Shown one piece after another: positions 10,641-22,774 of a stretch of 64,000 bases of DNA; within the stretch, counting starts at the first letter, position 1; the number at the start of each line of letters is the position of its first letter. The position numbers and the translations under genes were made by a program. The notes below the pieces were generated by a model. The model made no database searches, was not told the DNA's origin, and worked only from the letters and a program-made list of their open reading frames with translations. The DNA comes from Octopus vulgaris (lineage: Eukaryota), in assembly GCA_951406725.2 (NCBI GenBank), contig OX597823.1, forward strand, positions 47,864,001-47,928,000. Reading direction: 5' to 3'.

Positions 10641-11342
10641 GTGTCACATTGTGTGATTGAACCCTCGAATCAAGTTTACAAAGGAAACATTTTAACCACC
10701 GAGCCATGCGTTTCTTATTTTAGTAAACGAAACTTATGCTTTTTATTCAGACATTTACACTCACTTTCCTATACATGAATCAAATAGAATTATGTTAAAG
10801 TAATTGTTTTCACAGCTGGATGCCCTTCCTATCGTTAATCATTCAACTGAGAAGTATTAGTGAAAACACGTTTTCTTTTCTTTCTTTGTCAGGCATCTTA
10901 AACCAAAACAAAGGCATGTGCCTCGTTCGTATACGCAACACAATGGCAAAATTTGAACTTCTAACCTCGATGTCAGTGCACGGACACTCCCAACTCCCAT
11001 TTCTAAATTTTTTGCCTATTCGTATTATTTCTATATTATTATTTAATTTCATGTAACTACACATATGCATTTCTTACTTCTCTCTCTCTCTCTTCCTTTC
11101 ATACACGCACACACACATACGCTGTATATAGACTCATACGCATAAACATATAATTCTGTGAACGTGCTATAAGTAAAGACAGTGCAATAGGCGCTGACCT
11201 TTAGTTTGAACACGGTTATTAATCAGTTGTGTATGTTCTACACATACATATATAAACACGACGCAAAAGCACATACATAAATGTGTGTGTACATGTAAAC
11301 ATACACACACACACACATATATACATTGGGGTCTCTATATAC

Positions 11343-11698
11343 TCTTTTCAGGTATTTGACTGCGGCCATACAGGAGCACCGCCTTTGGTCGAGTAAATCA
11401 ACGCCAGGATTTATTCTTTGTAAGCCTAGTGCTTATTCTATCGGTCTCTTATGCCGAACCGCTAAGTTACGGGGACGTAAACACACCAGCATCGGTTGTC
11501 AAGCGATGTTGGGGGGACAAACACAGACACAGACTCACACATATACACGACGGGCTTCTTTCAGTTTCCGTCTACCAAATCCACTTACAAGGCTTTGGTC
11601 GGGCCGAGTATAGCAGAAGACACTTGCCCAAGGTGCCACGCAGTGGGACTGAACCTGGAACCATGTGGTTGGTGAGCAAGCTACTTACCACGCAGCCA
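11343..11698 (-). mobile_element. SINE family A
   Basis: Reverse complement of family A. Confidence 0.9.
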
Positions 11699-11877
11699 AC
11701 ATAATTCGTTTCGGAGCCCTATTTTAGAACCAAATTGTTCGTTACAGGAGTAATTGACATACATAGAAATAGGAGTAATCCATTCCAAGTCACAGCCAAA
11801 CCTTTTATAAACGTATGGAAACAAAAATGCTTTATTTGTTCATCTTTCGATAGCAAATACGTAAATATATGCATAAA

Positions 11878-11915
11878 GGCGCAGGAGTGGCTGTGTGGTA
11901 AGTAGCTTGCTAACC
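11878..11915 (+). mobile_element. SINE family A head interrupted at the target site
   Basis: GGCGCAGGAGTGGCTGTGTGGTAAGTAGCTTGCTAACC followed by unrelated sequence. Confidence 0.9.
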
Positions 11916-13472
11916 TCTGACGTGTTCGGACGTGTTTTTTGGCAGCTGCCAGCTGTCACGTCTCAGGACGTGAAATATTGAATTTTTGAGACTCGACTAA
12001 AGGTAGGCATTTTGTATTTTTGCGGGCTAAGTGAATTTTATTGCTTGCATTTAATGTTTTGTAGCATTTAATATTTTTTAGCGGGTAATAGACTCTACTT
12101 TGCTCCGGAGATGTATTTTTTCTGCCTGTTGTCGAGTTTAAAGTCTCACTTTGCAGTGAGAATTGTGTTTTTTTGAGGAGGCATAGCCCCACCTCAAAAA
12201 TTAACGTGTGTAATTGCCTTTGTCTTCGGATATACCAACGGAGTACCAAGAACATTAACACAAGTGGATTACTAGTGGCCTGGAATACCTTTTTGGCCGG
12301 GAAAAAATAAGAAAAAATAATAATAACAATTCCTTATAATAACAATAATAACAAGAGTCTGATTGGGAGGGGTCAAAGGCTACTTTGACTCTATGGACCC
12401 AGTCAGCCAAGAGTCTGGTTTTGCCGGACTTTTTGAGGATGGCCGGGTCCAAGTATCCGGTGATGCTTCAGGGACGACCCCCAAGTGTCACCTGTGCCTG
12501 GAGCCTGGACATATCAAGAGGAAGTGTCCCGGAGGCCGTGGTGCTGCCCCGGAGCATGAAAAGGAAAAGGTACCCGCCGCTCTCTCATTGGAGGGGGAGA
12601 CGGTGGAAGTCGTGGAGGAAGTAGCCTCCACGAAAAGAAAAAAACAGGTGAGCAACAATGGTTGCTCACCAAAGAACGTACAGACGGAGGAGGAGGATAG
12701 CGACCCCCTGCGTCTGCCGAAGGAGCCCCCCGGGCTAGCAGCCTCAAAAAAAAAGAGGAAAAAGAGAATAAGAGGTCGGACGACTGACGTTTCTGTGTCG
12801 CCGACGGAGCCGCGGGTGGGATGTGTGCCACCCGCGGACAGGGTTTCGTCAGTGGGAAATGTGCCACTGACGGATCAGTGTGAGGTCCCTTCCTGTGAAG
12901 AGGAGTTGTTTCTCCTCCTTTACCACAAGGGAGGGAAGGTGGAAAAGTTTTTGAATGGCTTGGGTGACCGAGAACGCAAGGACACGGTCGGCTCAAGGAG
13001 TCCGTTATGGCCTCCGCGGGTAGCTGCGGAGGTAGTAACGGAAAACATTTTGTCAAGGGTCGCAGAGATCTTTGAGAGGAAACATTTTACTTTTCTCTTT
13101 GCAGGCCTCGACTTGTCGTCGCAGAGTTGTCTGCAGGCGGCAAGACAATTTGCTTCGGGGACCTGACAGGGAGAATTTTTGTGAAATCATGTACTGCCCT
13201 TGTGGCAAAAGAAATGAAAAAAAAAGGAACTTTGTAAGAGGTTTTAGTGCCTCCTTCGAGTAAGAGGTTTGCAACCTCATGTCGATTTACTGAAACTAAA
13301 GAAAATTGAACTTATTGAAAAAAAGAACAATGTCTTAGAGAAGCGGAAGTCGGTGGGCGCTTTCGTCTTCTCCCATCATCATCTTCACTTCATCACCATC
13401 ATTCATTAATGTCTATGTCCAGCCCGTAGCTACTATCTGTGTACTGCCCTTGTGGCAAATTAAATGAAATAA
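11916..13472 (+). mobile_element. Tx1/L1-like non-autonomous non-LTR element, copy 1 (ORF1 C-terminal part only)
   Basis: Flanked by AGTAGCTTGCTAACC at 11901-11915 and 13473-13487; zinc knuckle; AATAAA-like 3' end. Confidence 0.75.
12363..13166 (+). pseudogene. ORF1p (gag-like) fragment with CCHC zinc knuckle
   Basis: PKCHLCLEPGHIKRKC; N-terminus deleted; frameshift near 12470-12480; basic KKKRKKR tract. Confidence 0.75.
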
Positions 13473-13487
13473 AGTAGCTTGCTAACC

Positions 13488-15485
13488 TCTGACGTGTTTT
13501 TTTTTGGCGGAGAGTTCTTGCTGCTTGATGTCACGTCTTTCGTCGTAAAATATTGAATTTTGAGGCTCGACTACAGGTAGGCGTTTGTTGTATTTTTTTG
13601 AGGGCTTAGTGGAGTTTGTTGCTCTGTATTTAATATTTTTTGGTGAGTAATAGACTCCACTCTACTCCAGACATTTTCCTGCCTGTGGTCGAGCGTAAAG
13701 ACTCACTTTGCAGTGAGAATTGTGTTTTTGAGGAGGCGTAGTCCCTCCGCAAAAATTAATTTGTTTGCTTCTGAAATTGTCTTTGTGTTTTCCACTGGAT
13801 TTACCACGGAGTACCAAGGTAGAAAGGACTAATTGTGCTGCGGTTGGATTTATTTTACCATTGTGAGAATTTGGCGGGGGGGCGTATTCGTCTTCGATAA
13901 ATTGAATGTATATTTTTCTCACCTAATTATGAGAACTGTATTGTGCCTTGAAGAACTTTAAGAATTGTGAGAACTGCTATATAGGGGAGTGTTTTGCCTC
14001 CGAAGTTTGAACAATCTTTACCAATTTTATACCAATTTTTGTGGGAGTTGTGTTCCAGTTGCGGTGTTCCGGGTTCAATTTAGGCCGGGAGTACCGAATG
14101 GCCAGAAGATTTTTTGCTGTGTTATTGACTTTCTTTTGAACTTTATTTGATTTTCTCCTTTTTGTTTGTGACTTTCTGTTGATTTCTTCCCTTCTGTTGA
14201 TGTCTTCCCTTCTGTTGTGCTTCCTCCTTTTTTGTATCTTTCTCACTTTTTTAAAAAACCTATCGTGAACTTTATTTGGACTTTGAACTTTTTTCACATG
14301 GCAAAGAAAAATGAAGCCACTGCTTTGGAGTGGAAGGTTGTCCCACCCAAGCAGTGGATTAAAGATCTTGAGAAGAGGACGGTGGTACTACGAACCTATT
14401 CTAGGTCGCGTGGAGCCATCGCCCTCTTCGACAAGAGCATAATAGAAAAAGAGTTGGCAAACCACCTGCCAACTATAAAGTTTATTTCTCGGGGGACCAA
14501 ATTTGCAAAGGTGTGGTTTCTGTTTGGTACCCCCGAGGAAGCTAGCAGATTTGCTAGCGAGCCCCTTGAGGGTGAGGAAGTTTTGTTCCTCCCCTCGTAT
14601 TGTGGAAGAAAAATAAAAAGAGCCTGGGTGTGCAGGCTGCCCCCGGGCACGGAGGCGGGATGGATCGAGGAGACCATCCAACGAGGCCTGGGAGATAGTG
14701 GGCCCAGGCTTTTGAGTGTAAAAATTACTCTCGCGGTCGACTGGGAGAGGTCAAAGGCAACTTTGACCCTGTGGACCCCGGTGGCCGTGGGAGAGATGAT
14801 ATTCCCAGACTTCCTGAGAATGGCCGAGCACAGGTGCCCGGTGATACTCGAGGGACGCCCCCCCCAAGTGTCACCTGTGCCTGGACATATCAAAAGGAAC
14901 TGTCCCGGGGGCCGTGGTGGTGCCCCGGAGCATGGAAGGGAAAAGGTGCCCGCCGCCCCCTCATTGGAGGGGGAGACGGTGGAAGTCGTGGAGGAGGTTG
15001 CCTCCACGAAAAGAAAGAGACAGGTGAGCAACAATGGTTGCTCACCAAAGAATACTCAGGCGGCGGAGGGGGATAGTGACCCCCCCATGTCTGCCGACGG
15101 AGCCCCCTGGGCTAGCAGCCTCTAAAAAAGGAGGAAAAAGAGAAATAGAGTTCGGGCGGCTGATGTCCCTGGGTCGCCGACGGAGCCGCAGGTGGGATGT
15201 GTGCCACCTGCGGACAGGGCCCCGTCAGTGGGAAGTGTGCCACTAACGGAGCAGTATGACGTCCCTTCCCGTGAAGAGGAGATGTTTGTCCTCCTTTATC
15301 ACGAGGGAGGGACGGTTAGTAAATTTCTGGACGGCTTGGGCGACCGAGGACTTGTGTGCTCGTTCTACTCAAGCTGTCCGAATTGGCCTCAGCAGGTGGC
15401 TGCGGAAGCGGTTACCATTAATGTCTACGTCCAGCCCGCAAAGCTACATCTGTGTAATGCCCCTGTGACAAATTAGATAAAATAA
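13488..15485 (+). mobile_element. Tx1/L1-like non-autonomous element, copy 2 (5'UTR, ORF1, 3' tail)
   Basis: 5' end homologous to copy 1 (TCTGACGTG...); shared 3' tail CATTAATGTCTA..CCAGCCCG..AAATAAA; followed by target AGTAGCTTGCTTACC 15486-15500. Confidence 0.8.
14298..15416 (+). pseudogene. ORF1p, near full length, with indels at the zinc knuckle and later frameshifts
   Basis: MAKKNEATALEWKVVPPKQWIKDLEKRTVVLRTY...FLRMAEHRCPVILEGRPP..PGHIKRNC; homologous to copy 1. Confidence 0.75.
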
Positions 15486-15500
15486 AGTAGCTTGCTTACC

Positions 15501-15870
15501 TGTCTAGTGGTTAGACGTTTTTGTTTACGGTGAGTCGAACATTGAATTGTTTTTCTGTTGGAATTATTTATTGCTGAACATTGTGGAACTGTTAAAACTG
15601 TTAACTTTTGTGCTTTTTCCCGGTGACGGGAAAAAGAAATAATTTGTGTAAAACTATTTTTCTGTTGTGAACTGTTGGAATTTTTTAAATTGTTAAAGCT
15701 GTTGTCGGCTGTATATTTTGTGCGGTGGCAACGGAAAATGTCGAATTACAGAAAGAAAAGCTCTCAGAGCTTTTTGGAAGAATGAAAAAGGAGGTGGGTA
15801 ATATAAAAATATCACCCTCACCTTGTGTAGAAAAATTTAAAAGAAGGACAGTTGTTTTTAAAACATACTT
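15501..15870 (+). mobile_element. Third, diverged element 5' end (5'UTR and ORF1 start), truncated
   Basis: From GTG 15725 reads ATENVELQKEKLSELFGRMKKEVGNIKISPSPCVEKFKRRTVVFKTY, matching KRTVVLRTY in copy 2. Confidence 0.6.
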
Positions 15871-16204
15871 TTATATTGTCGTCGGAAGCATCTGATAGCG
15901 TGTCTGTGATTAGGTCTCTGACGCTGAGCGAAAGAATCCCACTCAATACGATGTGCAATCTCTGTCGAGCCGATTGAATGATAGTGGGGCAGAGTGATGT
16001 GACTCATCTTCGGCGGGAAAAACATAGCACACGTCTAGAAGAAGGGGAAAAGAGCTGGACGTGACCAAAAACCAGACAATACACATCCAAGAAAATTCCA
16101 CACGTGGTCGTGAGCAAACAGAATAACGTCCTCCAACGAGAAAAAATGTCAGACAAGAATAAAAGAAAATGCTAAGTCGTACCTGACAAAGGAAAAAAAA
16201 TTGT

Positions 16205-16992
16205 CGGCATAGTTTCGGTTGTAGTAGCACAGATTTCCGTCGATTTCCGTAAAAAACATTTATTTTTTTACATAAGTAATGAGAGCGAAAGAGACTAAGA
16301 GGAAGCGATTTTACGACGAGAAGGTTTCACTTTGAAGTCGGCCTGTGTGTGTTTGATGGGGTGTGGGAGACAGACAGTATGTTGTGTAAGTGAAGTGCTT
16401 CTGTTAGTGTGTGCGAAGAGACAGACATACATATACACATACACCGAGTACATACATACATACATACACACACACACATACATAGATACATACACACACA
16501 CACATACATACATACATACACACACACATACTTACACACACACACACATACATACATACACACACACACATACATGCAGACATACATATACACATACACC
16601 GAGTAAAAAATTACGATGAATCGGCCATACATACATACATACACACACACATACTTACACACACACATACATAGATACATGCATACATACATATACACAT
16701 ACATGCATACATACATATACACATACACCGAGTAAAAAATCAGTTATCTCTCTCTTTCACACATTACTCTCTCTGTCTCTTCGCACACACTAACAGAAGC
16801 ACTTCACTTACACAACATACTGTCTGTCTCCCACACCCCATCAAACACACACAGGCCGATTTCAAAGTGAAACCTTCTCGTCATAAAATCGCTTCCTCTT
16901 AGTCTCTTTCGCTCTCATTACTTATGTAAAAAAATAAAAGTTTTTTACGGAAATCGACGGAAATCTGCGCTACGACATGCGAAACTTCGCCA
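16205..16992. repeat. About 220-bp inverted repeat pair enclosing CA/CATA microsatellite (fold-back or MITE-like)
   Basis: 16205-16424 is a near-perfect reverse complement of 16773-16992. Confidence 0.85.
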
Positions 16993-18445
16993 AATTGTCA
17001 TGTAGTGAAATATGGATTTCACAACAGAAAAGGGTCACGTGTGTCGAACACACAGACAGTTGTTTAGCAACTATCGAACACACGAACACAGTTCAACGTA
17101 ACGTTGCCATTAGGAGAAAATTACACGTGGAGAAAAATAGTCGTAACAGCTATCAAAGAAATATTCCACGGAGAAATTCCACACGTTGAGCAGTTTTAAG
17201 TTGGGGTCGACTCAAGTTATGCATTTCTTCTCGTAAAACATCGTCGCGCCATTTCTGGTTCAGGGAGAACCTTTCCCGCTTAGAGATGGCGTAGAAACCT
17301 TCTCATAACCCAGAGGTATGTCCTTTTTTCTGACCGGATTCACTACTTTAGCGAGTTGGCCACTAGTGTAGGAGAATTTGACCGCTGAAAAAATTCATAG
17401 CTTTCCACACATTATAGAGCTGATAATGTAGAGGCAATCATGAAGATGAACGTCGTGAATCATATAGCAGGCAATGGCTGTTGAGCAAAAGCTGTAAATC
17501 TTTTTACTCGGAGTCACCACTTTAGCGAGGGACCGTGGATGCGTGTTATATGTCGGGGTCATCACTTTAGCGAGGGATGTCGCTAATGAAAACGTCAATA
17601 CTTTAATAACTGGACCGAGTCATTAATCCAACGGCTGTGAAATGCTCCTGGTGCAGTAAGTGACAACATCACTCGTGTCCGTGCGTGAACAACTTCGTGT
17701 CCAAGGTTTTATTCAGATGCATAATATACGAACTCATACAGTGAGTACACAATATTCAATAAAGTTATATGGGATGAAGAAAAAGGCTCTGAACATCTTG
17801 CCATGTTCGACGATGACAATGAGAAAATAAAGGGAATTCAACTACAAATTTACAATAGCGAGTTGCTGGTAGGAAATGAATATCGAATTCATGTGCTTGG
17901 CTCTTTCTCCGATCTTGTCCTTGTCGTGACGTAGAGAAAAAGAAAGTTCAATTGGAATACGCTCTTAAGTAGGCGATATGCTTCTAGCGCCTTCCTGTGT
18001 GTCGTTTATTAGTTACACGTTGTATCCTAGCAAAGGGGCAGCTAATCATGTTCACTTGGAATATTCTAAAACATTCGACAGGAGAGATGACTGTCGTTGA
18101 CTCTCAAGGGATACTTTGCGGGCTTGCGAACCTGCCTCAAATAGCGTTGCCTACAAACTGTATACATTCCCCCAGCACTTATATGCATGCTTGCTCTACT
18201 CGTAGTTTGCTGTTCAAATTTCAGTTCATTGGTGAAATATTTTCTTCAATATAACTATTCTTTATACAATTAGTTCCTTTAATGTACCGTTTGTATATGC
18301 TCCCCGAGTTTATTCGTGACTTGTTCTTCGAATTTCAAATCGGTAAGCGAATAGGCTTCCATTCACTTTTACGCATGCTCATGGTTTACTGGCCAAATTT
18401 CAGATTGTTATGCGAGTTTAATTTCCTTCTGAAAAACCGTGGTTT

Positions 18446-18526
18446 AGGTAAAGAATACGCACACCACCCATTTTCGGAGTAACAAAAACCCTAACCTTAA
18501 ACACTGGGTGTGCGTATTCCTTACCT
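18446..18526. mobile_element. Tiny MITE-like element with about 20-bp inverted repeats
   Basis: AGGTAAAGAATACGCACACC...GGTGTGCGTATTCCTTACCT with internal AACCCTAACC. Confidence 0.55.
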
Positions 18527-18702
18527 TCGCCCAAACTCGTTGATTATTCAAGTTATTCGTTTAGAAAACCCTTCGTATATTGATACACCCAATATGTGTG
18601 TATGTGTACACTAGTATGTGATAAGCAGAATAACTCAGTGGCCAGTTGCATGATTATGAAAAACAAAGACAAAGTGAGTAGAGATGTATCCAATGGTATG
18701 AA

Positions 18703-18931
18703 GGCGGCGAGCTGGCAGAAACGTTAGCACGCCGGGCGAAATGCTTAGCAGTATTTCGTCTGTCGTTACGTTCTGAGTTCAAATTCCATCGAGGTCGACT
18801 TTGCCTTTCATCCTTTCGGGGTCGATAAATAAAGTACCAGTTTCGCACTGGGGTTCATGTAATCGACTTAATCCCTTTGTCTGTCCTTGTTTGTCCCCTC
18901 TATATTTAGCCCCTTGTGGGCAATAAAGAAA
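18703..18931 (+). mobile_element. SINE family C with 13-bp TSD
   Basis: GGCGGCGAGCTGGCAGAA...GAGTTCAAATTCC; TATCCAATGGTAT on both sides. Confidence 0.9.
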
Positions 18932-19367
18932 TGCATATCCAATGGTATACCACATGAATTCTTGATTTATCAAAATTCTCTCTCCTCGGAGATAAATAGA
19001 TGGATGGATAGATAGATATAGGATTTCTATGTAACAATATATATTTTTTTTTCAGAAATATCTTGCGCATGAAGTTTGGCACATGTATACAAAGAACACA
19101 AATGGAGCTTAAAATGTACGACAGCTGTTTCGGTAACCTCATTTGTGTTCGTTTTTATATTTACGCAGCTTCTAGAACCAGCCCTGAGTCAGATCTCCTG
19201 CTTAAATTAGGTTTAGTACTTACATATTTACAGTATCCTAGGAGTAGATGACACCTTCATAGTTACTTTACCCTATGTTATTGTACCTAACCATTGTTGG
19301 CATCCTACGTGTTGATGTGCCTAGATTCTAATGAATCCTGTAGCTAATCTCTATCTCCCTCTTTTTC

Positions 19368-19399
<32 letters not shown>

Positions 19400-19824
19400 T
19401 ATATATATATATGTGTGTGTGTGTATATTTATATCCAGTTACACGATAATGGACCGATGTCGAAAGATATAAATTTTTAATGGGCATTTTATGAGATTAA
19501 AGCAATTGCACAAATGAAAAGAATTGGATGTAGATAGGAGTCTTCAATTTTTACTGTTAATATTTGCTATTTCTGTAGCCAAAATCTGCGTATAACTGAA
19601 ACTTAATTCGACATTATTTCAATTAAAGTCTTATAACGTCTGTAGTTTTCCGGAAAATATCTAATAAATAAAAGAAATGTTTAACGATATTTGTACGCAC
19701 CTTAAAGCTAAACGGAGCATTAAGTCAAATAATTTTAAGTTTCTCTCTCTCCCATTCTCTTTCTTACATATACATATCTTCCTTTCTATTTATATCTGTG
19801 TGTGTGTGTGTGTGTGTGTGTGTA

Positions 19825-20500
19825 GTGAAGGCATGTGGCATAGTGCTTAGGGGTTTTGAGCTCACGATTGAAAGGTCGTGAGTTCGATTCCCGGCCGCTC
19901 GTTGTGCCTTTGAGCAAGACACTTTATTTTACGTTGCTCCAGTCTGCCCAGCTGGTAGAAATGAGTAGCACCTGTATTTCAAAGTGCCAGGCCTTGTCAC
20001 ACTCTGTGTCACGCTGAATTTCCCTCTGAACTACGTTAAGTGTACGTGTGTCCGTGAAGTGTTCAGCCACTTGCACTCTAATTTCACGAGCAGGTTGTTC
20101 CGTTGATCGGATCAAATGGAACCCTTGTCGTTGTGATGGATGGAGTGCCCGACGGACCGGCGTCCCGTCCGGGTGGGGAATTTCTACGCCACTGAAACCG
20201 AGGCACATGGCCTAGTGGTTAGAGCAGCGGACTCGCGGTCGAAGGATCGAGGGTTCGAACCTCAGACCGGGTGATGTGTGTGTTTATGAGCGAAACACCT
20301 AAGCTCCACGCGGCTCCGGCAGAAAGTAATGGCGAACTTCTGCTGACTCTTTCACCACAACTTTCTCTCACTCTTTCCTCCTGCATCTTGCAGCTCACCT
20401 GCGACGGACCGGCGTCCCGTCCAGGTGGGGAACCTATACGCCAAGGGAACCGGGAAACCGGCCCTATGATCCAAGTGTGGCTCGAGAAGCAACAAACAAC
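19825..20500 (+). mobile_element. Two adjacent tRNA-derived SINEs (family D variants)
   Basis: Two tRNA heads (B boxes GTTCGATTCC near 19882 and GGTTCGAACC near 20252) with different bodies. Confidence 0.8.
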
Positions 20501-20628
20501 AAATTTTATGACTTTCTCATCATCATTATTATCATAAGACATGGTAGGAAATCAATTTTCCACCATGTGTAATATTCTAAAAATATTTCATAGGGGAAGG
20601 GATACAAAAGAAGTCTTTCCATATTTAC

Positions 20629-20686
<58 letters not shown>

Positions 20687-21952
20687 ATGGACGAAAAATA
20701 AAAAAAAAGATAAGGTAGGATGAAGTATTTGTACTTGATCTAGATTATAAGACAGTCGGGATGGCGACGATGGTGGAATTTTTGTGTGGAATGTTATAGC
20801 TGATACGAATGGATATAGAAACATAACAATTCATTTGCTGGTGAATCTTTGCCAAGCATCTGGTTGACATTTTGTGAACAGGTATCTAGAATACCCGTGT
20901 GTCGAAGCTGTTTCGTTCATCCCAGTTGTGTTGGCAGGACTGTAATGCTAGTCGCACAGGTGCTTTGTTTATGGACGGCAGCTGTTTAAATTGAATGGTC
21001 TTTTTTTTCCTCCAAAAAATAGATATGGACTATTGTCAATATCTAAAACTTGTAGCTACCTTAAGAGAGATAGCAGCGTATCTATGAGAACATAGTCAGG
21101 TTCTAGAGTTAGCGGGAGCGAGAATATAAAAATAAAGGTGTCATGACACATACAAAGAATTTTTGTCTTCTATTACGTAAGATATTTTATTAGTTACAGT
21201 ATACGTAATAATATTCTACATTCATTAATTTCATTAGTAACTAAAGAATTAAAAAAAGAACTAGCTGAAAAAGTGCCAATTTTTGAAAAATGTGCTTGGC
21301 GGGAACGGCCGCTCTCCTTGCCTTCTCTCTCTCCTATTAGCTACCCCACCGAGAAGAGGGTATTGATTTTCCTTGACTTTCTTAATGCTCTTGAAAGAGA
21401 ATGGTTAAGATGTCAGTATTGAAGGGTGTTTTAGGGGTGTACATTTATAAAGTTATTTGCAAGTCTTGTCCAATGTATCTAGATTGCACGTGTTGACATC
21501 TGTGAAAGAAGATACTTTATTAAATAAAAAGAGATGCCGTTATCGTAGAGGGCGAGCGTATATAACTTGATGTGACAGTTAAGTTCTTTACATATATAAG
21601 AGTATCAAAAAGAATCAAATTTTACTGCATACGAGGTTCGATAAATGCAAACAAGAAAGATCACTGCATACTATCATAAGAGAGCTTTTACATTAAACAC
21701 TCGAATCGAGAGACGAAATACGAGTAGTACCCTTAAGTAGGTAATTTTGCCGGAGGTTTTCATGTCAAACAGTTTGGAATTTTACTAATGTCAGGAACAA
21801 CAGTATTGCTTCTGTTAAAGTTCTCGAAAGCAAAAGACTACTTATGTATGACTCATAAAAGCTAGTTCTAACGCAACAAAAGTAGCATCGGTATTTGGTA
21901 AAAATAAAAAAAAAGGAAAAAGAACACAATTAAAAGAAGGTAATGAATGGTT

Positions 21953-22740
21953 AGGCGCGGCTATGTGGTAAGAAGCTTTGCTTCTCGACCACATGGTTCC
22001 GGGTTCAGTTCCATTGTGCAGGGCCTTAGGCAAGTATCTTTTACTATTGCCTTTGGCCGACCAAAGCCTTGTGAGTGGATTTGGTAGACGGAAACTGAAA
22101 GAAGCCCGTCATATGTGTGCGTGTGTACATATATAAATAACGTGTACATGTATAGGCGCTGGCGTGGCTGTGTGATAAGAAGCTTGTTTCCCAACCACAT
22201 GGTTCCGGGTTCAGTCCCACTGTGTAACATCTTGAGCAAGTGTCTTCTACTATAGCCTTGTGAGTGGATTTGGTAGACGGAAACTGAAAGAAGCCCGTCA
22301 TATGTGTGCGTGTGTACATATATAAATAACGTGTACATGTATAGGCGCTGGCGTAGCTGTGTGGTAAGAAGCTTGTTTCCCAACCACATGGTTCCGGGTT
22401 CAGTCCCGCTGTGTAACATCTTGAGTAAGTGTCTTCTACTATAGCCTCGGGTTCACCAAAACCTTGTGAGTGGGTTAGGTAGATGGAAACTGAAAGAAGC
22501 CAGTCGTATATATGTATGTATGTGCGTGTGTCTTTGTGTCTCTGTCCCCTTCACTGCTTGACAACCGATGTTGGTGAGTTTACGTCCCCGTAAATTAGCA
22601 GTTCAGCGAAAGATATGATAGAATAAGTACAAGGCTTAAAAAAAAGTCCTGATGTTGATCTGTTTGACTAAAAACCTTTCAAGACGGTGCTCCAGCATGG
22701 CCACAGTCAAATGATTGAAACAAGTAGAATAACGAAAGAA
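21953..22740 (+). mobile_element. SINE family A with tandemly triplicated 5' half
   Basis: Three heads at about 21953, 22155 and 22343; one 3' tail. Confidence 0.85.
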
Positions 22741-22774
22741 TAATAGGGTCGATAATAGTTCTTTTACTCTTTAT

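Noticed and set aside
14396-15034. 212-aa antisense ORF (also 12514-13056)
   Set aside because: Shadow of the GC-rich ORF1 with no recognisable motifs.
11901-15500. Reading the array as an LTR element or a segmental duplication
   Set aside because: No TG..CA LTRs, PBS or PPT; the units differ in structure and sequence; the repeated 15-mer is SINE sequence.
20200-20275. tRNA gene candidates (also 1935, 44871, 55958)
   Set aside because: These are SINE heads continuous with SINE bodies and have imperfect cloverleaves.
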